A stretch of DNA of 64,000 nt. It comes from Actinomycetota bacterium (lineage in GTDB: Bacteria; Actinomycetota; Actinomycetes; Mycobacteriales; JACQDL01). The notes below the pieces were generated by a model. It had not been told where the DNA came from and did no database searches. It saw only the letters and a program-made list of their open reading frames with translations. Location of the stretch: the NCBI GenBank assembly GCA_016201065.1, contig JACQDL010000014.1, positions 99,547 through 163,546 on the forward strand, given 5' to 3'. A program made the translations under genes and the position numbers. The stretch's first letter is position 1, and every line of letters starts with the position of its first letter. Positions 9,657 to 18,067 of the stretch are shown here, piece by piece.

Positions 9657-10859
9657 ATGGCAGCATCGGAACACCACCGCGTTCTCGTGCTCGGCGGCGG
9701 CACCGCCGGCATCTCCGTTGCGGCCCGCCTCCGGCGCGCGAAGATCACCGATGTCGCCGTGCTGGAGCCGTCCGACGTGCACTGGTACCAGCCGCTGTGG
9801 ACCCTCGTCGGCGGTGGGGAAGCGCCGCTGTCCGCCACCCGTCGGAACGAGTCCAGCCTGATCCCGAACGGGGTGACCTGGATCCGGGACCGCGCGGTCT
9901 CCGTCGACCCCACCGCCCGCACCGTGACGACCGGGCGGGACACCACGCTCAGCTACGACTACCTGGTGTTCGCCCCCGGCCTCCAGCTCAACTGGGATGG
10001 CGTGCCCGGCCTCGCCGACACCATTGGCAAGAACGGTGTCTCGAGCAACTACTCCGCCGAGTACGCGCCGACGACCTGGGAGTTCATCAAGGGGGTACGT
10101 AGCGGTACGGCGATCTTCACGACCCCGGCCGGACCGATCAAGTGCGGTGGCGCACCCCAGAAGATCGCCTACCTGGCCGCTGACTGGTGGCGGCAGCAGG
10201 GTGTGCTGGACGCGATGCGGGTGATCCTCCTCGTGCCGAGCGAGTCGATCTTCGGCCAGCCACAGTGGGCGGTGGAGCTGGAGCGGATCGCCGCCAGCTA
10301 CGGCATCGAGGTCCGGCGGCAGTCCGAGATGGTGGCGGTCGACGGCGCCAGCCAGGAGGCGACCATCCGGGACAACAAGTCCGGCGCCGAGGAGACCGTG
10401 CACTTCGACATGATGCACGTCACCCCTCCGCAGAGCGCACCGGACTGGGTGGCCAGCGGCCCACTGGCCGACCCGGCCAGCCCGTTCGGCTACGTCAAGG
10501 TGGACAAGCACACCCTGCGCTCACCCGACTTCCCCGAGGTGTTCGCACTCGGCGACTCGGCGAACCTTCCGACCTCGAAGACCGGGGCGGCCATCCGTAA
10601 GCAGGCCCCGACTGTCGTCGCCAACCTGCTCGCGGTGATGGCCGGCAAGGAGGTCACGAGCCACTACGACGGGTACACCTCGTGCCCCCTGGTGACGGCC
10701 CGGCGCAAGATGCTCCTCGCCGAGTTCGACTATGACCTGAAGCCCAAGCCGTCGATCCCGCTCATCAACACGATGAAGGAGCGGACCGACATGTGGTACC
10801 TGAAGCGGTACGGCCTGCCCATCCTGTACTGGCACTTCATGCTGCGTGGCAGGGCGTAG
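9657..10859 (+). CDS. sqr: type II sulfide:quinone oxidoreductase (NAD(P)/FAD-dependent oxidoreductase)
   Basis: GGGTAG FAD motif, plus IKCGGAPQK and YTSCPLVT cysteine motifs typical of SQRDL-type enzymes. Confidence 0.85.
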   Translation: MAASEHHRVLVLGGGTAGISVAARLRRAKITDVAVLEPSDVHWYQPLWTLVGGGEAPLSATRRNESSLIPNGVTWIRDRAVSVDPTARTVTTGRDTTLSYDYLVFAPGLQLNWDGVPGLADTIGKNGVSSNYSAEYAPTTWEFIKGVRSGTAIFTTPAGPIKCGGAPQKIAYLAADWWRQQGVLDAMRVILLVPSESIFGQPQWAVELERIAASYGIEVRRQSEMVAVDGASQEATIRDNKSGAEETVHFDMMHVTPPQSAPDWVASGPLADPASPFGYVKVDKHTLRSPDFPEVFALGDSANLPTSKTGAAIRKQAPTVVANLLAVMAGKEVTSHYDGYTSCPLVTARRKMLLAEFDYDLKPKPSIPLINTMKERTDMWYLKRYGLPILYWHFMLRGRA

Positions 10860-10913
10860 CGAGCCAACCTCCGCATGGTCCAGCCGGGTGAGCCGGCTGG
10901 CGAACGGCCCACA

Positions 10914-10964
10914 CCCGCACCTTCCGCCGAATCCGGCACACCGCACGGGGTAGGAAGGTGCGGG
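10914..10964 (+). terminator. possible terminator hairpin after sqr
   Basis: 12-bp stem cccgcaccttcc/ggaaggtgcggg followed by tttcgg; the loop is large at 27 nt. Confidence 0.35.
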
Positions 10965-10984
10965 TTTCGGCTTATCGTCAGAGC

Positions 10985-11737
10985 GTGACCCATCGCACCC
11001 CGACCGCCGGGCCGTCGATCGCGCAGGACGCGGTGTTCCGGCCCGTCCGCGGCGGGAATGCCTTCGAGGAGACGGTCGAGCGGATCCTACAGGCGATCAA
11101 GCTCGGTGTGGTCACCTATGGCGAACGGTTGCCGACCGAACGTGCATTGTCCGCCCGCCTGAAGATCAGCCGGGTCACCTTGCGCGAAGCCATCCGATCG
11201 CTCCAGCAGGCCGGATACGTCGAGTCCCGGCGGGGTCGGACCGGCGGCACGTTCGTCACCTACCGGCCCACCGTTCGGTACCTGCCGGGTTCCGAGACGG
11301 TGCAGCTGATGGCGGACCATCCGAGTCCGGCGCTCGGTGACCTTCTCACGCTGCGCGAGGTGCTGGAGGTCGGCGCGGCAGAGATGGCCGCCCGCCGGCG
11401 GCCCAACCCCGACGAGAAGGAGCTGCTCTGCCAGCGCCTCACCGACGCCGAGACGGCGAGCCTCGCCGGATTCCGCCAGATGGACTCCCGGCTTCACCTG
11501 GCGATCGCGGAGCTATCCGGCTCAACGGCATTGGCCTCAATGGTCGCTGACGTCCGGATGCGGATCAATGCGCTGCTCGACGCGATCCCACTGCTACCGC
11601 CCAACCTCGACCATTCCACCGTTCAGCACCGGGCGATCGTGGCGGCCATCGCCGACGGTGACGAGCTCGCCGCACGGCTCGCCGTCCGGGAGCACCTGGA
11701 CGGTACGGCGGCACTGCTTCGCGGCTTCTTCGGGTAG
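10985..11737 (+). CDS. GntR/FadR-family transcriptional regulator
   Basis: wHTH region RLPTERALSARLKISRVTLREAIRSLQQAGYV plus an FCD-type C-terminal domain. GTG 10985 was chosen to clear the upstream hairpin. Confidence 0.85.
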   Translation: MTHRTPTAGPSIAQDAVFRPVRGGNAFEETVERILQAIKLGVVTYGERLPTERALSARLKISRVTLREAIRSLQQAGYVESRRGRTGGTFVTYRPTVRYLPGSETVQLMADHPSPALGDLLTLREVLEVGAAEMAARRRPNPDEKELLCQRLTDAETASLAGFRQMDSRLHLAIAELSGSTALASMVADVRMRINALLDAIPLLPPNLDHSTVQHRAIVAAIADGDELAARLAVREHLDGTAALLRGFFG

Positions 11738-11847
11738 GGGCCGCCCAGACCCGGTCGGACAACTCCACCGGACCCCTGGCGGTTGGCACCAAACCAGCGG
11801 ATTCCCTTGACATGGGTAGCGGACCGTGCCTCAATCTCAAATGGCCT

Positions 11848-11857
11848 GACCATGGTC
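11848..11857. promoter_or_regulatory. candidate operator palindrome GACCATGGTC
   Basis: Perfect 10-bp palindrome 36 nt downstream of a TTGACA hexamer (11807-11812), between the GntR gene and the permease gene. Confidence 0.25.
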
Positions 11858-11975
11858 CAAACATTGTCCGGCTCCACATCGAGGACCCCCTGCGCACGAG
11901 TCAACCATGGCGTGGAACGATCCGCGCCGTATCGCTCCAGACCGCCCTAAACCAGCACGCCCCAGGAGGCTCGGC

Positions 11976-13520
11976 ATGTCCGACCAGCCGGTAACCGAAC
12001 GCGCTCTCGCGCCAGAGCCTGGCAGCGATGAGCGCCGACTACACGAGTTGGGCTACGCCCAGGAACTTTCCCGGTCCATGTCCGGCTTCTCGAACTTCGC
12101 CGTCTCATTTACGATCATTTCGATCCTTTCCGGCTGTCTCACGCTGTACACCACCGCGATGAAGACCGGCGGCCCGGTCATGATCGTGTGGGGCTGGCCC
12201 TTCGTCGGCGTGATGACGCTCTTCGTCGGCCTGGCGATGGCAGAGGTCTGCTCCAGCTACCCGACTGCGGGCGGCCTGTACTACTGGGCGGCGAAGGTGG
12301 CCCCCTCCAACGGCGCCGCCTGGTCCTGGTTTACCGGCTGGTTCAACTTCCTCGGCCAGGTGGCGGTCACCTCAGCCATCGACTTCGGCGCGGCGAGCTT
12401 CCTCAACGCGCTGCTGGACCTGCAGTTCGGGTTCGCGGCGACCCAACAGCACACGATCCTGCTCCTCGGCGCGATCCTGCTCACCCACGGGCTACTCAAC
12501 ACATTCGGCGTTCGGTTGGTCTCCATGCTCTCCGACGTGAGCGTGTGGTGGCACATCGGCGGTGTGGCCATCATCGTAGGCAGCCTCATCGTCGTGCCGG
12601 CCAAGCACCAGTCCACCTCGTACGTCTTCACCCACTTCGTGAACATGACCGGGTGGGGCAACACGCTGTACGTCGGGATGCTCGGCCTGCTGATGGCCCA
12701 GTACACCCTCACGGGCTTCGACGCCTCGGCCCACATGACCGAGGAGACCCACAACGCGGCGCGTTCGGGCCCGCGCGGGATCGTGATGTCGATCGTGGTC
12801 TCGCTCGTCGCCGGCTGGGTGCTGCTGATCGGCATCACCTTCGCGATCCAGGACTACGCCGCCGAGGTCGGTTCGGCGACCGGGGTGGCCCCGGCGCAGA
12901 TCTTCATCGACGCGGTCGGCGCCACCGGCGGAAAGCTGCTGCTGCTGATCGTCATCGGCGCCCAGCTCTTCTGCGGGATGAGCTCGCTGACCGCCAACTC
13001 CAGGATGATCTACGCCTTCTCCCGGGACGGCGCGCTACCCGGCTCGCGGATCTGGCACAAGATCAACCACCGGACCCGGACCCCCACCAACGCCGTCTGG
13101 CTCGGCGTCGTCGGCGCCTTCGCGCTCAGCCTGCCCTACCTCTGGAACATCGCGGCCTACTTCGCGGTGACCTCGATCGCCGTGATCGGGCTCTACATCG
13201 CGTACGTGATCCCGACCTTCCTCCGGCTGCGGCAGGGTGCGAACTTCGTCCCCGGCCCGTGGAACCTCGGCCGGTGGAGCCGGCCGATCGGCATCGTGGC
13301 AGTGATCTGGGTGGCCTTCATCAGCGTCCTGTTCATGCTCCCGCCGCTCAACCCGATCACCTGGGACAACTTCAACTACACCGTGGTCGCCGTGTTCGTG
13401 GTGCTCGGCTTCGCCGGCATCTGGTGGCTGGTGTCCGCCCGGCGCTGGTTCACCGGGCCGAAGGTCCAGGGTTCCGCGGAAGAGCTGGCCGCCATCGAGC
13501 ATGAGCTTGAGGTCGTTTGA
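11976..13520 (+). CDS. APC-family amino acid/amine permease
   Basis: About 12 TM segments. ATG 11976 has AGGAGG 8 nt upstream. Confidence 0.9.
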   Translation: MSDQPVTERALAPEPGSDERRLHELGYAQELSRSMSGFSNFAVSFTIISILSGCLTLYTTAMKTGGPVMIVWGWPFVGVMTLFVGLAMAEVCSSYPTAGGLYYWAAKVAPSNGAAWSWFTGWFNFLGQVAVTSAIDFGAASFLNALLDLQFGFAATQQHTILLLGAILLTHGLLNTFGVRLVSMLSDVSVWWHIGGVAIIVGSLIVVPAKHQSTSYVFTHFVNMTGWGNTLYVGMLGLLMAQYTLTGFDASAHMTEETHNAARSGPRGIVMSIVVSLVAGWVLLIGITFAIQDYAAEVGSATGVAPAQIFIDAVGATGGKLLLLIVIGAQLFCGMSSLTANSRMIYAFSRDGALPGSRIWHKINHRTRTPTNAVWLGVVGAFALSLPYLWNIAAYFAVTSIAVIGLYIAYVIPTFLRLRQGANFVPGPWNLGRWSRPIGIVAVIWVAFISVLFMLPPLNPITWDNFNYTVVAVFVVLGFAGIWWLVSARRWFTGPKVQGSAEELAAIEHELEVV

Positions 13521-14866
13521 TGCTGGCTCTTGACGAGCTGCGCACGTTGGTCAGGGCCGGTGAGGTCGACACCGTCCTCATCGCCCTGACCGACATGCAA
13601 GGCCGGCTGCAGGGCAAGCGGTGTGCGGCACGGTACTTCCTGGACGTCGTGGTGCCGCACTCCGCCGAGGCCTGCAACTACCTGCTCGCCGTCGACGTGG
13701 ACATGAACACGGTCGATGGTTACGCCATGTCGTCCTGGGACAGCGGGTACGGGGACTTCGTCCTCGTACCCGACATGTCCACGCTGCGCCTGGTTCCCTG
13801 GCAGTCCCGCACCGCACTGGTGATCTGCGACCTGGCCTGGGAGGACGGCACCCCGGTGACCGCCTCGCCCCGGCAGATCCTGCGCCGCCAGGTCGACCGG
13901 CTGGCCGAGCGGGGCTGGCGTGCCTACGCCGGCACCGAGCTTGAGTTCATCGCCTTCCGGGACTCCTACGAGGATGCCTGGAGCAAGGCGTACCGCGAGC
14001 TCCAGCCGGTCAACCAGTACAACGTCGACTACTCGCTGCTCGGCACGGCCCGGATCGAGCCCCTCCTCCAGGCGATCCGGGCCGGCATGACCGGCGCCGG
14101 CATGTACGTGGAGTCGGCCAAGGGCGAGTGCAACCTGGGTCAACACGAGATCGCGTTCCGTTACGACGAGGTCGTCAGCACCTGCGACAACCACGTGATC
14201 TACAAGAACGGCGCGAAGGAGATCGCCGCGACGGCCGGCATGAGCCTGACCTTCATGGCGAAGTACGACCAGCGGGAAGGCAACTCCTGCCACATCCACC
14301 TCAGCATCAGGTCCGCCGACGGCGAGCCGATCATGGCCGGTAGCGGTGCCCATGGGTTCTCTCCGATCATGGAGCATTTCCTGGCCGGCCAGCTCGCCCA
14401 CCTCGGCGAGCTCAGCCTGCTGTTCGCCCCGAACATCAACTCCTACAAGCGGTACGTGGCCGGCAGCTTCGCGCCGACCACCATCGCCTGGGGGCGGGAC
14501 AACCGGACCTGCGCGCTGCGGGTGGTCGGGCACGGCTCGTCGCTCCGCTTCGAGAACCGGGTGCCGGGTGGGGACGTCAACCCGTACCTGGCCGTCGCCG
14601 CGATGATCGCGGCGGGGCTGGCCGGAATCGACCGGGAGCTGCCACTGGAACCGCCGTTCGAAGGCAACGCCTACGGCGCCAACCGACCCCAGGTGCCGAC
14701 GACGCTGGAGGAAGCCGCCCGGCTGTTCGCGGAGAGCAAGCTGGCCGAGGAGGCGTTCGGCCGGGACATGGTCGAGCACTACCTGAACGCCGCCCGGATC
14801 GAGATCGAGGCGCACCGCGCCGCGGTCACCGACTGGGAGCGCTACCGGGGGTTCGAGCGATTGTGA
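13520..14866 (+). CDS. glutamine synthetase-family gamma-glutamyl-amine synthetase (GlnA-like)
   Basis: GS catalytic-domain motifs (KGECNLGQHEI, NSCHIHLS, NRTCALRV). The start overlaps the permease stop. Confidence 0.9.
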   Translation: MLALDELRTLVRAGEVDTVLIALTDMQGRLQGKRCAARYFLDVVVPHSAEACNYLLAVDVDMNTVDGYAMSSWDSGYGDFVLVPDMSTLRLVPWQSRTALVICDLAWEDGTPVTASPRQILRRQVDRLAERGWRAYAGTELEFIAFRDSYEDAWSKAYRELQPVNQYNVDYSLLGTARIEPLLQAIRAGMTGAGMYVESAKGECNLGQHEIAFRYDEVVSTCDNHVIYKNGAKEIAATAGMSLTFMAKYDQREGNSCHIHLSIRSADGEPIMAGSGAHGFSPIMEHFLAGQLAHLGELSLLFAPNINSYKRYVAGSFAPTTIAWGRDNRTCALRVVGHGSSLRFENRVPGGDVNPYLAVAAMIAAGLAGIDRELPLEPPFEGNAYGANRPQVPTTLEEAARLFAESKLAEEAFGRDMVEHYLNAARIEIEAHRAAVTDWERYRGFERL

Positions 14867-15600
14867 GTGGCTTGGCACTGCCGGTGGTCGGCGTCACCAC
14901 GTACGCCGAGCCGGCGCGCTGGTCCGTCTGGAACCGCCCCGCCGCGGTACTGCCGCTGTCCTACGTGGACAGCATCGCGCGCTGCGGCGGGGTCCCGGTC
15001 CTGCTGCCACCACTGGCGGCCGGCGCGGTCGAGGCGGTCTCCCGTCTCGACGCGCTGGTCCTCGCCGGTGGGGCGGACGTCGACCCCGATCGGTACGGCG
15101 AAACCCCGCACCCCACCACCGTCACCCGCCCGGACCGGGACGCCTGGGAGCTGGCGGTGCTCGCGGCCGCCCTGGAACGGGACCTGCCGGTGCTGGCCAT
15201 CTGCCGGGGCATGCAGCTGCTCAACGTCGCGACCGGTGGCACGCTGCACCAGCACCTGCCCGATGCCGGCGGCGACACCAGCCACCAGCCGGCGCCCGGC
15301 ACGTTCGGGGCCACGCCGGTCCGGGTCCGGCCGGCCGGCCGGCTCGCCGGCATCATCGGCCGCAGCACCACCGTCGCCTGCCACCACCACCAGTCGGTGC
15401 GCCGGCTCGGCGCCGGGTTGCAGCCGGCGGCGTGGGCCGAGGACGAGACGGTGGAAGCCATCGAGTCGACCGGTCACCAGTTCGTCGTCGGCGTGCAGTG
15501 GCACCCGGAGGAGAACCAGGCCGACCCGCTGTTCACCGCCCTGATCGAAGCGGCGGCCACGCGAGCCCGGCAGAGGGAGAGCCCGTGCGCCACGATGTGA
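14863..15600 (+). CDS. gamma-glutamyl-amine hydrolase (class I amidotransferase, peptidase C26, PuuD-like)
   Basis: LAICRGMQLLN nucleophile-Cys motif and VGVQWHPE; GTGA overlap with the GS-like gene. Confidence 0.85.
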   Translation: MSGLALPVVGVTTYAEPARWSVWNRPAAVLPLSYVDSIARCGGVPVLLPPLAAGAVEAVSRLDALVLAGGADVDPDRYGETPHPTTVTRPDRDAWELAVLAAALERDLPVLAICRGMQLLNVATGGTLHQHLPDAGGDTSHQPAPGTFGATPVRVRPAGRLAGIIGRSTTVACHHHQSVRRLGAGLQPAAWAEDETVEAIESTGHQFVVGVQWHPEENQADPLFTALIEAAATRARQRESPCATM

Positions 15601-16943
15601 TCAACCCGGCGACTGCTGGCGTGATCACCACGATCCCGCTGGCCGGGGTCGAGGATGCCGAGGCCGCGATCGGTCGGGCGGCGGCGGCGTACCCGGCGTG
15701 GCGGGCCGTCGCCCCGGCCGACCGCGGTCGGCTGCTGCGCCGGTTCGCCGAGGTCGTGGACGCGCACCTGGAGGAGCTGGCCCAGCTTGAGGTCGCCAAC
15801 TCCGGCCACACCATCGGCAACGCCCGCTGGGAAGCCGGCAACGTCCGCGACGTGCTGACCTACTACTCCGCCGCACCGGAGCGGCTGTTCGGGCGGCAGA
15901 TCCCGGTGGCCGGCGGGATCGACCTGACCTTCCGGGAGCCGCTCGGCGTGGTCAGCGTCATCGTGCCGTGGAACTTCCCGATGCCGATCGCCGGCTGGGG
16001 GTTCGTGCCCGCGATCGCCGCGGGCAACACGGTGCTGCTCAAGCCGGCCGAACTCACCCCGCTGACCGCGCTGCGCCTCGCCGAGCTGGCGCTGGAGGCC
16101 GGCCTGCCGGAGGGCGTGCTGCAGGTGATCGCCGGCCGGGGGTCGGTGGTCGGTGGTCGGATGGTCACCCACCCGGCCGTCCGCAAGATCTGCTTCACCG
16201 GCTCCACCGAGGTCGGCACCCGGATCATGGCCCAGGCCGCGACCGGGGTGAAGCGGGTCACCCTGGAGCTTGGTGGCAAGAGCGCGAACGTCGTCTTCGC
16301 CGACGCAGACCTGGCGAAGGCGGCCGCCCAGGCGCCGTACGGCGTCTTCGACAACGCCGGGCAGGACTGCTGCGCGCGCTCCCGGATCCTGGTCCAGCGC
16401 ACCGTCTACGATCGCTTCCTGGAGCTGCTGGAGCCGGCCGTCCGGAACCTGCGGGTCACCGACCCGGCCTCGGAGCAGTCCGAGATGGGACCGCTGATCT
16501 CCGCCAGGCAGCGCGAGGTGGTCGACTCCTTCGTCGAGCCGGACCGGGTGGCGTTCCAGGGGAGCTGCCCGAGCGGACCCGGCTTCTGGTACCCCCCGAC
16601 CGTGCTGCTGGCCGAGACCGGCGAGGAGAGGCACTGGCGGGAGGAGATCTTCGGCCCGGTGGTGTCGGTGCTGCCGTTCGATGACGAGGCGGACGCGATC
16701 CGGCTGGCCAACGACACCGAGTACGGCCTGTCCGGCTCGATCTGGACCACCAACCTCGGCCGGGCGCTGCGGGTCGCCCGCGGGGTGGAGACCGGGAACC
16801 TTTCGGTCAACTCGCACTCCTCGGTCCGCTACAGCACGCCGTTCGGCGGGTTCAAACAGTCGGGGCTGGGTCGGGAGCTGGGGCCGGACGCCCTCGACTC
16901 GTTCACCGAAGTCAAGAACGTCTTCATCGCGACAGGAGAGTAG
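15585..16943 (+). CDS. NAD-dependent aldehyde dehydrogenase
   Basis: ELGGKSANVVF and GQDCCARSR motifs. GTG 15585 follows GGGAGA. Confidence 0.9.
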   Translation: MRHDVINPATAGVITTIPLAGVEDAEAAIGRAAAAYPAWRAVAPADRGRLLRRFAEVVDAHLEELAQLEVANSGHTIGNARWEAGNVRDVLTYYSAAPERLFGRQIPVAGGIDLTFREPLGVVSVIVPWNFPMPIAGWGFVPAIAAGNTVLLKPAELTPLTALRLAELALEAGLPEGVLQVIAGRGSVVGGRMVTHPAVRKICFTGSTEVGTRIMAQAATGVKRVTLELGGKSANVVFADADLAKAAAQAPYGVFDNAGQDCCARSRILVQRTVYDRFLELLEPAVRNLRVTDPASEQSEMGPLISARQREVVDSFVEPDRVAFQGSCPSGPGFWYPPTVLLAETGEERHWREEIFGPVVSVLPFDDEADAIRLANDTEYGLSGSIWTTNLGRALRVARGVETGNLSVNSHSSVRYSTPFGGFKQSGLGRELGPDALDSFTEVKNVFIATGE

Positions 16944-17711
16944 ATGTCCAACCGACTTGACGGCCGCGTCGCGGTCGTGACCGGCGCCGGCAGCGGGATC
17001 GGCCTTGCGTCAGCGCGCCGGCTGGCCGCGGAGGGCGCGAAGGTGGTCAGCGTCGACATCGACGAGACCGCTGGCAAGGCCGCCGCCGAGGAGGTCTGTG
17101 GGGTGTTCCTGCGGGTCGATGTCGCCAGCGAGGACGACGTACGCGAGATGTACGCCACGGTGCACCGGGAGTTCGGCCGGATCGACATCGCCTTCCACAA
17201 CGCCGGCATCGCGCCGCCGGACGACGACTCGATCCTCACCACCGGGATCGACGCCTGGCGCCGGGTGCAGGAGATCAATCTCACCTCGGTGTACCTGGGA
17301 TGCAAGTACGTCCTGCCGTACATGCAGGCCCAGGGCAAGGGGTCGATCATCAACACCGCGTCGTTCGTGGCGGTGCTCGGTGCCGCGACCTCGCAGATCG
17401 CCTACACCGCATCCAAGGGTGCCGTGCTCGCGATGTCCCGCGAGCTGGGCGTGCAGTTCGCCCGCGAGGGCATCCGGGTCAACGCGCTCTGCCCAGGTCC
17501 GGTGAACACGCCGCTGCTCCAGGAGCTGTTCGCCAAGGACCCGGAGCGGGCGGCCCGCCGGCTGGTGCACATCCCGATGGGCCGGTTCGCCACCGCCGAG
17601 GAGATCGCCGCCGCGGTGGCGTTCCTCGCCAGCGACGACGCGTCGTTCATCACGGCATCGACCTTCCTGGTCGACGGCGGGATCTCCGGCGCCTACGTCA
17701 CGCCGCTGTAG
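16944..17711 (+). CDS. SDR-family oxidoreductase
   Basis: TGAGSGIG, NNAG-like and YTASKGAV motifs. Confidence 0.9.
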   Translation: MSNRLDGRVAVVTGAGSGIGLASARRLAAEGAKVVSVDIDETAGKAAAEEVCGVFLRVDVASEDDVREMYATVHREFGRIDIAFHNAGIAPPDDDSILTTGIDAWRRVQEINLTSVYLGCKYVLPYMQAQGKGSIINTASFVAVLGAATSQIAYTASKGAVLAMSRELGVQFAREGIRVNALCPGPVNTPLLQELFAKDPERAARRLVHIPMGRFATAEEIAAAVAFLASDDASFITASTFLVDGGISGAYVTPL

Positions 17712-17724
17712 CGGCGGCCCGACG

Positions 17725-17949
17725 CTACTCGTCGTCGGGAGCGCGGTGATTGCCGACTCCCGACGTCGGGTCCCGGGACATGTCGATCAGGGGGCGCTCC
17801 CCGACGTCGTCGGGGGCCAGATGGTCCGGTACGCCGGGGGTGGGGTCCCGGGACAGGTCGATCAACCGGCGATCGGGAAAGCCAGGCTCCTCCTCGACCC
17901 CGCCCTCGGGTGAGTTGTCGTCGCTGTCGAGCACGGCGTCCTCCCTCAC
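17725..17949 (-). CDS. possible small acidic protein with internal 23-aa repeat
   Basis: 74 aa from GTG with high third-position GC. Repeat: LIDLSRDPTPGVPDHLAPDD / LIDMSRDPTSGVGNHRAPDD. No family recognised. Confidence 0.35.
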   Translation of the reverse strand: MREDAVLDSDDNSPEGGVEEEPGFPDRRLIDLSRDPTPGVPDHLAPDDVGERPLIDMSRDPTSGVGNHRAPDDE

Positions 17950-18067
17950 AGGAACCAACCGCTGGAACGTATCACCACCACGACATTTCCATCGCCGGTC
18001 GACCCGAACGCCGACCCGCCGCGGATCGCGGGCCTCATCTTCGCCCCACGCCGCCCGATAGATTGGC

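Noticed and set aside
13376-14878. 500-aa minus-strand ORF
   Set aside because: It is antisense to the well-supported GlnA-like gene, has low-complexity Arg/Gly/Pro/Val composition, and shows no recognisable motifs.
15474-16817. 447-aa minus-strand ORF
   Set aside because: It is antisense to the aldehyde dehydrogenase gene and is a high-GC frame artefact.
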